Part shown: positions 27,466 to 36,285 of the stretch, piece by piece | How positions within the stretch are numbered: the first letter of the stretch is position 1 | Layout: each line of letters starts with the position of its first letter | IMG/VR virus record: IMGVR_UViG_3300032261_000561 | Direction: 5' to 3' (one strand) | Source: a virus | Length of the DNA stretch: 64,000 nucleotides | Translations under genes and position numbers: made by a program | The notes under the pieces: generated by a model | Databases searched by the model: none | What the model was told of the DNA's origin: nothing | Seen by the model: only the letters and a program-made list of their open reading frames with translations

Positions 27466-28178
27466 AGTTTGTCCAGCAGCTCGGCGAATTTGATGTCGAG
27501 GTTCATGATCGCCCGGTAGATCTCGGTGACCACTGCCGGATAGAGCTTCTCGATCTCGGCCGCTCGCTTCACGAAGATGGACTGTGCTGACTCCTCGTCG
27601 GACAACGGCTGGTAGAGGGGCTTGTGATCCAGCTGGCGGACCCCGGCCGCGCACACCGCGATCTGGTAGGACCGCGAGTCCGCCGGTGGGGCGTCCTGAT
27701 ACTCCTTGCAGTACAGCCCGATGCGCTGGTCGTCGCCCACTGACAGGCTCTCGATTTCCACCGGGTGCCCGAAGACATCGACGATGTCGGTCATGCGCCC
27801 CAGCGTGAGCAGCGAGGAGAACAGCTGGCGCTCGGCCGGGGTCAGCTCGGTGACCTTCTCCTCCTCCTCAGGCTCCTCGGGTAGTTCCCCCTCCTTGGGC
27901 TCGAATCCCGGGGGACCCTCGTCGTCGCCGTGAAATTTGGCGAAGGGTTCGCTGGCCGGTTGGAAGGCGGCGATGTTTTTCGCCGCCTCCTCGGCCTCCT
28001 GCTGGGCGCGCATCAAGCCCGGGTGCACCATGGCCGGGACCCCCACGTTGGGGCCTGCCCCGGGATTCTGGGCGGACATAGCACCCATCGGGACGACGGG
28101 CTGTGCCAGTGAGGGCTCGACGAACTCGTTGATTGGTTGCACCTGCGCTGGATTAGGGGTTAGTCGACGTCCTGCCAT
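27447..28178 (-). CDS. Tail assembly chaperone (gpG-like)
   Basis: ATG 28178 (MAGRRLTP) overlapping the upstream TGA; ends LGKQKG over the slippery site. Confidence 0.8.
   Translation of the reverse strand: MAGRRLTPNPAQVQPINEFVEPSLAQPVVPMGAMSAQNPGAGPNVGVPAMVHPGLMRAQQEAEEAAKNIAAFQPASEPFAKFHGDDEGPPGFEPKEGELPEEPEEEEKVTELTPAERQLFSSLLTLGRMTDIVDVFGHPVEIESLSVGDDQRIGLYCKEYQDAPPADSRSYQIAVCAAGVRQLDHKPLYQPLSDEESAQSIFVKRAAEIEKLYPAVVTEIYRAIMNLDIKFAELLDKLGKQKG
27459..27465 (-). other. Programmed -1 frameshift slippery site G GGA AAA
   Basis: CTG GGA AAA CAA in frame 0; canonical X XXY YYZ before the tape measure gene. Confidence 0.85.
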
Positions 28179-28807
28179 CAGATTCTCTCCGCTACTTCCC
28201 GAGCCTCGTTGGCACTGTTGTAGGGACCGGAATGCGGCTTCCAACCACTTTCCTGATCCGGCCGGTGCCAGATCCGGTAGAACTTCTTCGGGGTTTGGCC
28301 GACGTACCTGGTGTTGTCCTCGTTGCGATAGCCGCCGTACTCGTTCTTGGTCCAACCGCGCTCATCCGGCGGTCCGACAACCCGGGGATAGCTGCGCGGC
28401 CTGGTGGTGCGCTGCCATTCGGGCAGCTCTGACTCATCCTCGGCGGCGGTGGTTTCACGTGAAACACGAGCCATGGTGCCCGCCCAAATGCGTGAGCCCA
28501 TGCGTTCAACCAGAGCGCCGGTCATGGGCACCGCCGTCGGAACCTGGGTCCCGAAAGGCTGGCCGGTGAACGGGTTCACATCCCCCGGCTGCATGACGCG
28601 CGGAGCACCGCTCGCCGTCGAGCCGGTCCCCAGCGAGGGATCGATCGTCGACTGTTGCGGCAGATGAGGCGAGCTGCTGGGGGGAGTTGGAATCTTCGGC
28701 TGGTGCAACCCCGGCGCCTTGGGCGTGGTGAGCGGCTTGGACTGGGCCGGTGCGTCAAAACCCCTGAGCCCGAACTGATCCGCCTGTCGAACAATGGACT
28801 GCGGCAT
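28178..28807 (-). CDS. Hypothetical protein
   Basis: MPQSIVRQADQ..., AGGAAGG SD, preceded by the repeated upstream motif. Confidence 0.6.
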   Translation of the reverse strand: MPQSIVRQADQFGLRGFDAPAQSKPLTTPKAPGLHQPKIPTPPSSSPHLPQQSTIDPSLGTGSTASGAPRVMQPGDVNPFTGQPFGTQVPTAVPMTGALVERMGSRIWAGTMARVSRETTAAEDESELPEWQRTTRPRSYPRVVGPPDERGWTKNEYGGYRNEDNTRYVGQTPKKFYRIWHRPDQESGWKPHSGPYNSANEAREVAERI

Positions 28808-28854
28808 GTGATCCCTTCCTAAAGAGGGCCTCTTCACCCTCTATAGGACGAGAG

Positions 28855-29520
28855 CTACACGCCTACAGGTTTGCGATATCCGTTGTTGACGTGCGCAACT
28901 TTCCAGGCCGCTTCGTGTTGCTCGTCGGTGACCAAATGAGCGCGAGCCTGCAGCCAATCGAACAAATCGTCCTCCCACAGCACATAGCAAGTCCATCCAT
29001 GTCTGGCGTAATCCTGCTTCGTCTGGGCCTCGTGCTCAGATGGGTGCCAGTAACTGCCGAAGTACTCGTAGACCTGCTTGGCGGGCTCATTGACGAAATC
29101 AGGCACCCGGCGCCCGACGCGGATCCCGGTCGCGTGCCGATAGCCTAGCGCCTCCATGTACGGCACCAGCGCCAGTTCGTGGTTGGAACAGCGCTTCTTG
29201 GTCCCGAAGTGCACATTGCGGCGTCGGCCCTCAGTCTTGGCCCGTGCCCACTCAGCCTTCTTGGCCTCGGACATCTTGCGGCATACCTCAGCTCGCTTTT
29301 CCTCAGACCACGCTGCCCGTGTAGCTGCCGTCTTCTCGTTCTTATCGGCCCACACACCAAGCTCCCAATTCTTTCGAGTGGCCTGGCGCATTATCTCGCG
29401 CTGTTCGGGGGTGCTTTTGGCCGTGTGTCTCTTACAGGTACAGCCGGGCTCGCATTTGCGAGCCCTCTTAGCGACATGCTCGGGTTTCTGCTTGCGTCCC
29501 TTGAGGGGATGATTCATCAC
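28855..29520 (-). CDS. Free-standing homing-type endonuclease: NUMOD3-like N-terminus + Vsr/DUF559-like nuclease
   Basis: NHPLKGRKQKPEH; VPDFVN...YEYFGSYWH...GWTCYVLWE. Confidence 0.7.
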   Translation of the reverse strand: MMNHPLKGRKQKPEHVAKRARKCEPGCTCKRHTAKSTPEQREIMRQATRKNWELGVWADKNEKTAATRAAWSEEKRAEVCRKMSEAKKAEWARAKTEGRRRNVHFGTKKRCSNHELALVPYMEALGYRHATGIRVGRRVPDFVNEPAKQVYEYFGSYWHPSEHEAQTKQDYARHGWTCYVLWEDDLFDWLQARAHLVTDEQHEAAWKVAHVNNGYRKPVGV

Positions 29521-29522
29521 AC

Positions 29523-29539
29523 GATCGTACTATACGATC
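29523..29539 (-). promoter_or_regulatory. Putative -10 (TATAGT) inside a 7-bp palindrome upstream of a leaderless start
   Basis: GATCGTA-TAG-TACGATC; -10 is 8 nt from GTG 29520; no SD. Confidence 0.45.
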
Positions 29540-29581
29540 TCTAGCTAACTTCCTAAATCAGGGTTTACGCAGGTCAGATGG

Positions 29582-30052
29582 CTAAACATTACTACTGTAG
29601 CAATACTGCCAGGTGATGGTCTTGGGCAGCGTCATGGTAGCGATGGTGATGTTCTCGCCCGCGTCCAAGTCGGTGATCGCGGTGGAGTGATAGACCAGCG
29701 AGCGCATGATGCCCTGCGGGGCCTTGATCACCTTCTGCAGCGTGACCGATCCGAGCGTGACTTGTCGCTTGAGAACGTCCAGCAAAGTCCAGGTGCCCTG
29801 TAGACCTGGGAGCATCTGCCAAACAGGTTCGTTCCAAAGCTCATAGAATGTACCACGCATTGTACCAACCCCAACCGCTTGTGCCGTAACGATTTCCAGT
29901 GGGACGGACTCGTCAATGGGCTGTACCGCTTGGGCCGCTGCAACGGGGGTGGGCTGCGTGTCGTTGATGACTTGAAGCCACGCCATCCGCAAACCTTGAT
30001 ACATCATGGTGGTAAAGCCGGAACCACCAACGCGTGTCTGTGACGGAGCCAC
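29582..30052 (-). CDS. Tail tube protein
   Basis: 156 aa directly downstream of sheath; GTG after AAGGAGGAG. Confidence 0.75.
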   Translation of the reverse strand: MAPSQTRVGGSGFTTMMYQGLRMAWLQVINDTQPTPVAAAQAVQPIDESVPLEIVTAQAVGVGTMRGTFYELWNEPVWQMLPGLQGTWTLLDVLKRQVTLGSVTLQKVIKAPQGIMRSLVYHSTAITDLDAGENITIATMTLPKTITWQYCYSSNV

Positions 30053-30064
30053 GTCTCCTCCTTG

Positions 30065-31666
30065 TTACTGGGTGCTTTGCAGCGTGTTGGACGGCCCGCC
30101 GAAGTCGGTGATCGACGAGCTGGCCGGAGCGGTGATGGTCGTCGAGGTGGCCGTAGTCGACGTCGCGTTGGAGATGTTGCTGGTAGTGCCCTGCTGGGTG
30201 ATGTTCCCCGACGTCAAACTGATATTGAAGGTCACGACTATATAGTTGAGTGGGAATGCCGGAAGCCAGCTGTAGCTAACTTCGATTACATCAGGGTTGG
30301 TCAGCAATTGCCGGGCTTCAAGACCGAAGTAGTCGACCAATAGTCCGTCGCGAACAAGGCTCTGAAGTGCAGCCTCAGCGGAGGCCTTGACATTTACCAG
30401 CGTGTAGTCATAAATGGGCTGGCCAATAAGATTGGCATTTTCCAGGTAGTCCCGCAAACGATAAACCATGGCATCCTGCTGGCCGATAATCGACCATTCC
30501 CGGTGCAACATATCCCTGTTATCGGTGGTCACGCCGTGGCGCACCCAGATCTGTAACCGCCGGGTCTTCTCGATGACGCACAGCCCGTTCTCGGTTTCCA
30601 GGTCCTTCTGGGCCTCGGGCTCGACTTCGGGAATGTCGTTCCAGCCGGTCGGCAGCTTGTGCGTCAGCGGCATGGCCCAACTCATGTTCATCGCCATCCC
30701 CGCCAAGCTGGCGGCCATGAACTGGGCGCCGATCGTGATGTCGTTGTTCAGCTCGGTAGAGAAGTACGTGAAGCGATCAGGGGACAGCAGCATGATGCGT
30801 TGGTCGGACAGCTCCATGGCGTTGTTCATCCGCTGAGTGGAGGGAACCCTGGTGCCGGTGCCGTCCATGCCGCAGACAGCGCGCCGCTCGAAGCGGTTGG
30901 CACTTTGTGAATCGACGTGCTCCTGCACCAGCTGCTGCAGTGGTTGTTGGCCGGTGCAGGGCACGACAATAGCGACCAGCGGCTGGTCAGCGAGAGTGGC
31001 CAGCGCATCGTTATAATCCCCGATGGTGGGATTACCTGGCGTGGTCGGTTTCACTGCCGCGCACACCAGCTGGTAGGCGCCGTTGAGGAAGGCGAACTGC
31101 GCGGCCAGTGTCAGCTCAGACTGGATGGTGCCGTAGGCGGCAGATCCCGGGGTGACGTTGTAGGGCAGACCGTACGCCGTGACGACGTCTCGGTAGGTAT
31201 AGAACACCTTGGGCAGGAAATACGTGTCGTCGGTGAACTGGTAAGCCACTTGAATGGTTTCGCCTTGGGTAATGTGCCCACCGTCGATCACCCGGCTGAT
31301 GGTGTAGAGCACGGTGGGAGTGCCGAGCGCACCACCCACCTGGACCACGGTGTAGTCGGCGCCCAGCGTGTAGACCTGCCCGCTGTTGGGGTTGGTCACC
31401 ACGATGGTGGCCGGGTTGATGCCCGCGTTGCCCAAAGTTCGGTTGATGGCCGGAGTGGTGTCGTTGGTGTCGGGATTAATCAGCAGCGACTCGATGAACT
31501 GGCGGAAGCCGACCGACACCCCGAACAGACCGACCGCCGTCGGCAGCGTGGAGTTGACTGCCAGCTGAGGACCCGGCGTGGGGTTCACATAAACGCCAGG
31601 TGGCAGGTACCTACTGAAATCGATTGCCGATGACGGGGCCGTCGTCGGCGCCACCGGAGTGGTCAT
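30065..31666 (-). CDS. Tail sheath protein
   Basis: YLPPGVYV N-terminus, VRHGVTT, Y.W.PAFPLNYIVVTF C-terminus. Confidence 0.9.
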   Translation of the reverse strand: MTTPVAPTTAPSSAIDFSRYLPPGVYVNPTPGPQLAVNSTLPTAVGLFGVSVGFRQFIESLLINPDTNDTTPAINRTLGNAGINPATIVVTNPNSGQVYTLGADYTVVQVGGALGTPTVLYTISRVIDGGHITQGETIQVAYQFTDDTYFLPKVFYTYRDVVTAYGLPYNVTPGSAAYGTIQSELTLAAQFAFLNGAYQLVCAAVKPTTPGNPTIGDYNDALATLADQPLVAIVVPCTGQQPLQQLVQEHVDSQSANRFERRAVCGMDGTGTRVPSTQRMNNAMELSDQRIMLLSPDRFTYFSTELNNDITIGAQFMAASLAGMAMNMSWAMPLTHKLPTGWNDIPEVEPEAQKDLETENGLCVIEKTRRLQIWVRHGVTTDNRDMLHREWSIIGQQDAMVYRLRDYLENANLIGQPIYDYTLVNVKASAEAALQSLVRDGLLVDYFGLEARQLLTNPDVIEVSYSWLPAFPLNYIVVTFNISLTSGNITQQGTTSNISNATSTTATSTTITAPASSSITDFGGPSNTLQSTQ

Positions 31667-31722
31667 AGAGCCTCCCTGCTAGCGCGGTCCCTCTCTCCCT
31701 TTCTTGCGCGCAGGGGGGCGGT

Positions 31723-32538
31723 TTACAGCGTGCGCGAGGTCCGGACGACGACGTTGGCACCCTGGCCAACGGGCGGCAACGTGGGCGTTACACCCGGGGG
31801 CACCGAGTCCACGGCGGTGGGGAAGATATCGATCCGTTCCAGGGTGTAGGCGCCATCGTGGTCGAAGCGCACCTGGGATTGCCCGAGCAGTTCGAACGAG
31901 AAACTGTCGGTGTAGGCCATCCTGTCGGGCTGCCAGGGCACGCCCAGCTCCGCGCCCTGCCCGCCGGAGGCCATGGAGGCAAAGTTGGGGGTGACGCTGA
32001 CGTAGGGGTTCTCGTTGAGCGCCGCGATCAACGTGCGGAACTGCTTGGTGTCCTGCTGGGGCTGAGTGACCCACACCTCGGGCGTGCGCGAGAACGAGAT
32101 CATGGTCATGATGGCGTCCGACAGCCGGTCGCGATCCAGGTTGGTGACCGCCACGATGGACAGGATGACCTTGCCCATGTAGGTGAAGGCCTGAATCGGC
32201 GTCCACACCAGCTTGCCGTCGATTGTGGTCTGGGTCATGATCTCGTGGCCGATCCCGGCCGGGACCCACTGGTCGATGGAGAACTGCACCCAGATCCCCG
32301 GGTACTGCTCTTCGAGCAGCGGGTATTCCAGGTCGACGTAGACCTCCTTGCCGTCGGCAGCGCGCAGGTCGGTGCGCTTGATCGCGTCGCGCAGCGCGGA
32401 CACCACGGCGCGCTTGGTGGCCTCGATGGGCCCGCCCGATGAGCCCGGCAGTATGCCGTTGACCTGCAGGTTGAGGTCGACGGGATTCTCATCCATGAAC
32501 GCGTCGGGGCCGTAGGGCCCCTCGTCCGGATTAGTCAT
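31723..32538 (-). CDS. Tail completion/terminator-like protein
   Basis: 271 aa upstream of sheath; EYPLLEEQYPGIWVQF. Confidence 0.55.
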   Translation of the reverse strand: MTNPDEGPYGPDAFMDENPVDLNLQVNGILPGSSGGPIEATKRAVVSALRDAIKRTDLRAADGKEVYVDLEYPLLEEQYPGIWVQFSIDQWVPAGIGHEIMTQTTIDGKLVWTPIQAFTYMGKVILSIVAVTNLDRDRLSDAIMTMISFSRTPEVWVTQPQQDTKQFRTLIAALNENPYVSVTPNFASMASGGQGAELGVPWQPDRMAYTDSFSFELLGQSQVRFDHDGAYTLERIDIFPTAVDSVPPGVTPTLPPVGQGANVVVRTSRTL

Positions 32539-33002
32539 CGCCTGAAAATTCCTTTGAGCAGAGCCATGATGTCCCTCTTCAGATTGGGCCGGTCCTCCTG
32601 CAAAGCCTCGTCGATCGCCTGCAGCATGAAGTGCTTGGGCCTGATACCCGGGTGCCGCCAGCGCTGGTCGCGGTAGACCTGGCCGACGTGTGGGATGTTG
32701 ACGTAGCCGGGCTCACCGACGTGGCTACCCCGGCGGATGTGCGGACCGTCGCCCTGCTTACAACTCATCGGGATGGTGCGCCCCTGCACCCACCACATCA
32801 GGTAGGGCCGGGTGCCTTTCTCCTGGTACATGACGTATTTGAGCGAGCTGTTGATCGCCACGATGCCGCCGGTGTTCTTCATCGGACTGATCGACTGGAT
32901 AGTGCGCTCCGACCAGCCCATCGAACGCGCGCTCTGGCGTGCCTTCTTGGCCGCCAGCTCGGACGTGCGCTGGCAGCCGCTGCGGGGATGTGGGATCTTC
33001 AT
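32535..33002 (-). CDS. Neck/tail completion protein (HK97 gp10-like)
   Basis: YVMYQEKGTRPY...HPGIRPKHFM. Confidence 0.65.
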   Translation of the reverse strand: MKIPHPRSGCQRTSELAAKKARQSARSMGWSERTIQSISPMKNTGGIVAINSSLKYVMYQEKGTRPYLMWWVQGRTIPMSCKQGDGPHIRRGSHVGEPGYVNIPHVGQVYRDQRWRHPGIRPKHFMLQAIDEALQEDRPNLKRDIMALLKGIFRR

Positions 33003-33211
33003 CGTGGCGGCTTCACTGCGCCCGGTTTGCCCAGCGCGGTCTGCGCAGTCACCCCATGCGTTTCAGCCGTTACGGCGGTGGTAGGCGGGTTGGCTAGGAC
33101 GCTTAGGACGCTTGTCCCTACATCACCCGGCACGCCGACGACGCCATGGGCGGTGCGGTAGTTGCCGGTGAACAAGACACCCGGCTGAGCTGACTTCACT
33201 GCTGTGGCCAT
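32999..33211 (-). CDS. Small virion protein, paralog of 38516..38842
   Basis: QPGVLFTGNYRT...TSVLSVLANP; AGGAG SD; ATGA coupling. Confidence 0.65.
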   Translation of the reverse strand: MATAVKSAQPGVLFTGNYRTAHGVVGVPGDVGTSVLSVLANPPTTAVTAETHGVTAQTALGKPGAVKPPR

Positions 33212-33220
33212 GATCTTCTC

Positions 33221-33832
33221 CTATCCCAGATATGCATATAGCGGCGGTATCGGCGCGGGGAAGCTCTGGCCGATGATGGGGAAGTCCCCGATCTTGATAT
33301 TGCGCTGCAGCTTGGTGACCGGCGCGCGCTGGCCGATGACATCCCAGCGGGCCTGACCGAACCGGGCGCCGGTGCGCATCGAGTCGGGGGTCACCTCCCC
33401 TATGCCGTAGATCCCTTCCAGCTCCTCGGGCACCGGCGCAGCCAACGCCCCGCCCCAGATGCGCACCCGAGCCACGTAGTCGTGCTCGAACAACGTGGGG
33501 AAGGCCTCGGTCTGGATCTCGCGGGCGTCGGCCGTCCAGACACCGCGCGCGCTGACAGCCTCGGGTTGGCGGGTGTCGCTGAACAACGCCCACACCCGGC
33601 GGGCCTCACGTACGCCGCCGAAGTAGCCGGTGCCATAGCAGATCGGACAGTCGTTGGACCCTTGGGTGTAAATGTCGTCGGCGCAGTTAGGGCAGCGCAT
33701 TTTGTTGGGGTCGTCTTTGGTGGGATGGTAGATCTGCAGCAGGATGCACTGCTCGCCGTGGTACTGCAGCGAGTCCCGCACCCAGTTGCGGGCTCGGATG
33801 ACCGAGTACTGCTCGATTGCCTTGATACTCAT
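33221..33832 (-). CDS. Head-closure/stopper-like protein with Zn ribbon
   Basis: RCPNC...CPICYGTGYFGG; position in the neck operon. Confidence 0.55.
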   Translation of the reverse strand: MSIKAIEQYSVIRARNWVRDSLQYHGEQCILLQIYHPTKDDPNKMRCPNCADDIYTQGSNDCPICYGTGYFGGVREARRVWALFSDTRQPEAVSARGVWTADAREIQTEAFPTLFEHDYVARVRIWGGALAAPVPEELEGIYGIGEVTPDSMRTGARFGQARWDVIGQRAPVTKLQRNIKIGDFPIIGQSFPAPIPPLYAYLG

Positions 33833-36285
33833 GACGCGTGCCGCCGTTCGAGCTTGCGCTCGTCGATCCCCCAGTCGGGATCAGACCAGTCGTCGACCTC
33901 GCGTTCGGGACCCTGCCCCCACGGCAACTCGGAGTACGCGTCGGGGTCGTAGGCCTGGATCGGACCGACGTGCGGGACGGCGCCCCTCTTCTGGTTCGCC
34001 TTCAAGTCCTCGTGGTAGAGGTCGTGGTACTCGCGCGGGATTGTGCCGTTGTCGCTGATCTTCTTCTTGACTGTGGCTCCGTTGGCCACCCAGCCCGCCT
34101 GCGCGGTCTCATTCCAGGGGTAGGGCCCGTCATGGGGCTCAACCAGATAGATGTTGGGCTTCCTGTCGTTTTGGGCCCAGCCCTCTGCGAAGCTGGGGTG
34201 GTTCTCCAACCAGACCCAGTCGCGCCGCCCTTCATAGGGCTTGCCGAACGAGGCCGGGGTGTCGTAGAAGCCGTGCTGTCGGCTGTCCGGTGAGTCGTAG
34301 GAGCTGGCGCCGCCGCGCGGCAGGATGTGGGCACCCTCGGGGATGTCGTGGTGACTGGCATGAAACCAGACGTTGGGAGCGTAGGGCTTACGCGGCTCTT
34401 CACCGGCTGGCAGCTTGTCGAAGAACGGCGGCTCGGGGTAGTCGTGGGCTTCCTCCGGCAATGGCATGGCTAATCGCCTGGAAGGCTGCGACAGCACCTC
34501 ATGCCAGGGACCGTCGTGGTCCTCGTCAACCTCCTGATCGGGATCAGCTGGGCCGTTCCAATAGTCATTATCGTAGGGACGGATGCGCACACCGCTGACG
34601 TTCAGATCGGTGCCGGGCAACAACGTGTGCTCTTTCTCCCAAGGGAATGAGCGGATTCGCTCGCCGGTGTCGCGGTCGAACTCGCCGGTGGCGGCGCGGT
34701 TAGGATCCTCGCCCCGGCCGTCCCAGTCTGCCGAGATGACCGCCTGTAGGTTGCCGCCCTGGCCAGTATCCTCGCGAGGCCATCGAGCGAACCGTTCAGC
34801 CTGGGTGGGATCGGCGGTCCAATGCCAACCCATGCCTTTCTCCGGACCATAGGCGTGCCCGTTCATCTCGCTCACGGTATGCGGGCCAGCCAGTGCGTCG
34901 AGTAGGTGACCACCCAGCTCGGGGTGATCCCAATCGCCACCAGACAAGATCTGATGGACCTTTTCCATGCCGGGGTGGGTGGTGTCCAAATTGACGCCAC
35001 GGTAGAGCTTAGTGGTCATGCCGGGAATGGTCAGTTGCTCAGCCACCCGCCCCTTGTCGTACCCGGCCGCCAGAATCCGGTCGGCCGCCGCCTGGCTGTG
35101 CGCCTTATGCTCATCGGTCAGCGGCGACTGGCCCACCAGCTGATCGCCCCACTCGTAGTCGTAGTCATCGGGTTCCATGTCCAGGTGCCGGGCCACCAGC
35201 CCGGCGGTGTGCTCGGCCTGGCCTTCCAGGATCTCCTCGGCCTCGCGCAGGTGATCGGGTGTCTCGGCATGGCCTAAAGCAACGTGGCCCATCTCGTGCA
35301 GCGCCTGCCCGGCCGGGTGATGCGCGAATGGGGAGATGGCGATGCGGTGGCGCTTGTCGCGATAGTTGGCGTAGGCGTCAAGCCGAAAACCTTTGGGCGC
35401 CTTGGCTTCCTTGGGGTCAAACGGGATCTCGTCGATGCCCAGGCTGTTCAGCGCGCGTTGCAGATCCCAACCACTGTGGTGGGTGTACTGAGTCTTAGGG
35501 GTCCAGCCCCGGTTGGGACGCCCCTGCCAGCTCTTGGTGGTGTCCAGGTTGCCGCCCCGGTGCAACTGGATGGATCCGAAGCGGTATGCCATGCTCGCTC
35601 GATGCTTTGCAAGTTCTTCGCGATAGGCACGCTCCGACTCCGGCGTCATCCCGGGGAGCGATTCGCCTGCAGCTTCAGCGGCCCGAATTTTGCTTGAACT
35701 CATGCCCTCTTCGGGATCGCGCGGCAGGGTGAGGTAGTTGTAGCCCTCGTGATTGGAACCAACCTCACCGGAATATAGCGACGGATGCTGCTCGGGAGCA
35801 CCGGGCACGGTGGCGTCTTCGCCGGTGACGTTGATGATGGTGTGATTCGGATATTGCCGCTGCGCCCAGTTCGCGAGATCGGTGCGCCGTGGCTTCCCTG
35901 TGGCAAGCTCGACTTCCTCGGACGGCCCGGTGTGAACCTCCACAGGTGCGCCGTTCATCTCCTCTGGGAATGCAACCCTGCTCATGTTGGCACGAGCCTG
36001 CAGGCCCAGTCGTTGCCGTGGATCCAGCTGTTTCTCCGCTAACAGTTTATCTGCGGTGGGTGCAACGATGGAGCCGCCCACTTTGTATCCGGCCTGGGTG
36101 AGCACATTATGCGCGTCCTGCAATGTGCTCACGTGTCCCTCATGTGGTGGGTTGAATGCGCCGCCATACACAAGTGCGACGGGTTTGTCTTTCGGGGGAG
36201 CACTGTCGGTTACGTTTAACGAGATTCCCGGCATCTGGATGGGCATGGCCAGGGCGAACGTCTCGGCCTGCCGCAGAACGCGCAT
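33829..36285 (-). CDS. Polyvalent protein: NadD/NMNAT-like nucleotidyltransferase + HExxH zincin + two ADP-ribosyltransferase-like domains
   Basis: YGGAFNPPHEGH...MSSSKIR; LHEMGH...EGQAE; KLYRG...GWHWT...EKE; WFHAS...VWL...IYLVEP. Confidence 0.7.
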   Translation of the reverse strand: MRVLRQAETFALAMPIQMPGISLNVTDSAPPKDKPVALVYGGAFNPPHEGHVSTLQDAHNVLTQAGYKVGGSIVAPTADKLLAEKQLDPRQRLGLQARANMSRVAFPEEMNGAPVEVHTGPSEEVELATGKPRRTDLANWAQRQYPNHTIINVTGEDATVPGAPEQHPSLYSGEVGSNHEGYNYLTLPRDPEEGMSSSKIRAAEAAGESLPGMTPESERAYREELAKHRASMAYRFGSIQLHRGGNLDTTKSWQGRPNRGWTPKTQYTHHSGWDLQRALNSLGIDEIPFDPKEAKAPKGFRLDAYANYRDKRHRIAISPFAHHPAGQALHEMGHVALGHAETPDHLREAEEILEGQAEHTAGLVARHLDMEPDDYDYEWGDQLVGQSPLTDEHKAHSQAAADRILAAGYDKGRVAEQLTIPGMTTKLYRGVNLDTTHPGMEKVHQILSGGDWDHPELGGHLLDALAGPHTVSEMNGHAYGPEKGMGWHWTADPTQAERFARWPREDTGQGGNLQAVISADWDGRGEDPNRAATGEFDRDTGERIRSFPWEKEHTLLPGTDLNVSGVRIRPYDNDYWNGPADPDQEVDEDHDGPWHEVLSQPSRRLAMPLPEEAHDYPEPPFFDKLPAGEEPRKPYAPNVWFHASHHDIPEGAHILPRGGASSYDSPDSRQHGFYDTPASFGKPYEGRRDWVWLENHPSFAEGWAQNDRKPNIYLVEPHDGPYPWNETAQAGWVANGATVKKKISDNGTIPREYHDLYHEDLKANQKRGAVPHVGPIQAYDPDAYSELPWGQGPEREVDDWSDPDWGIDERKLERRHAS

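Noticed and set aside
28855-29581. Group I intron housing the endonuclease
   Set aside because: Flanking genes are intact and there is no room for a ribozyme core
4668-31666. Bacterial contractile injection system or tailocin
   Set aside because: Portal, protease, capsid and neck genes are present, so this is a complete phage virion module
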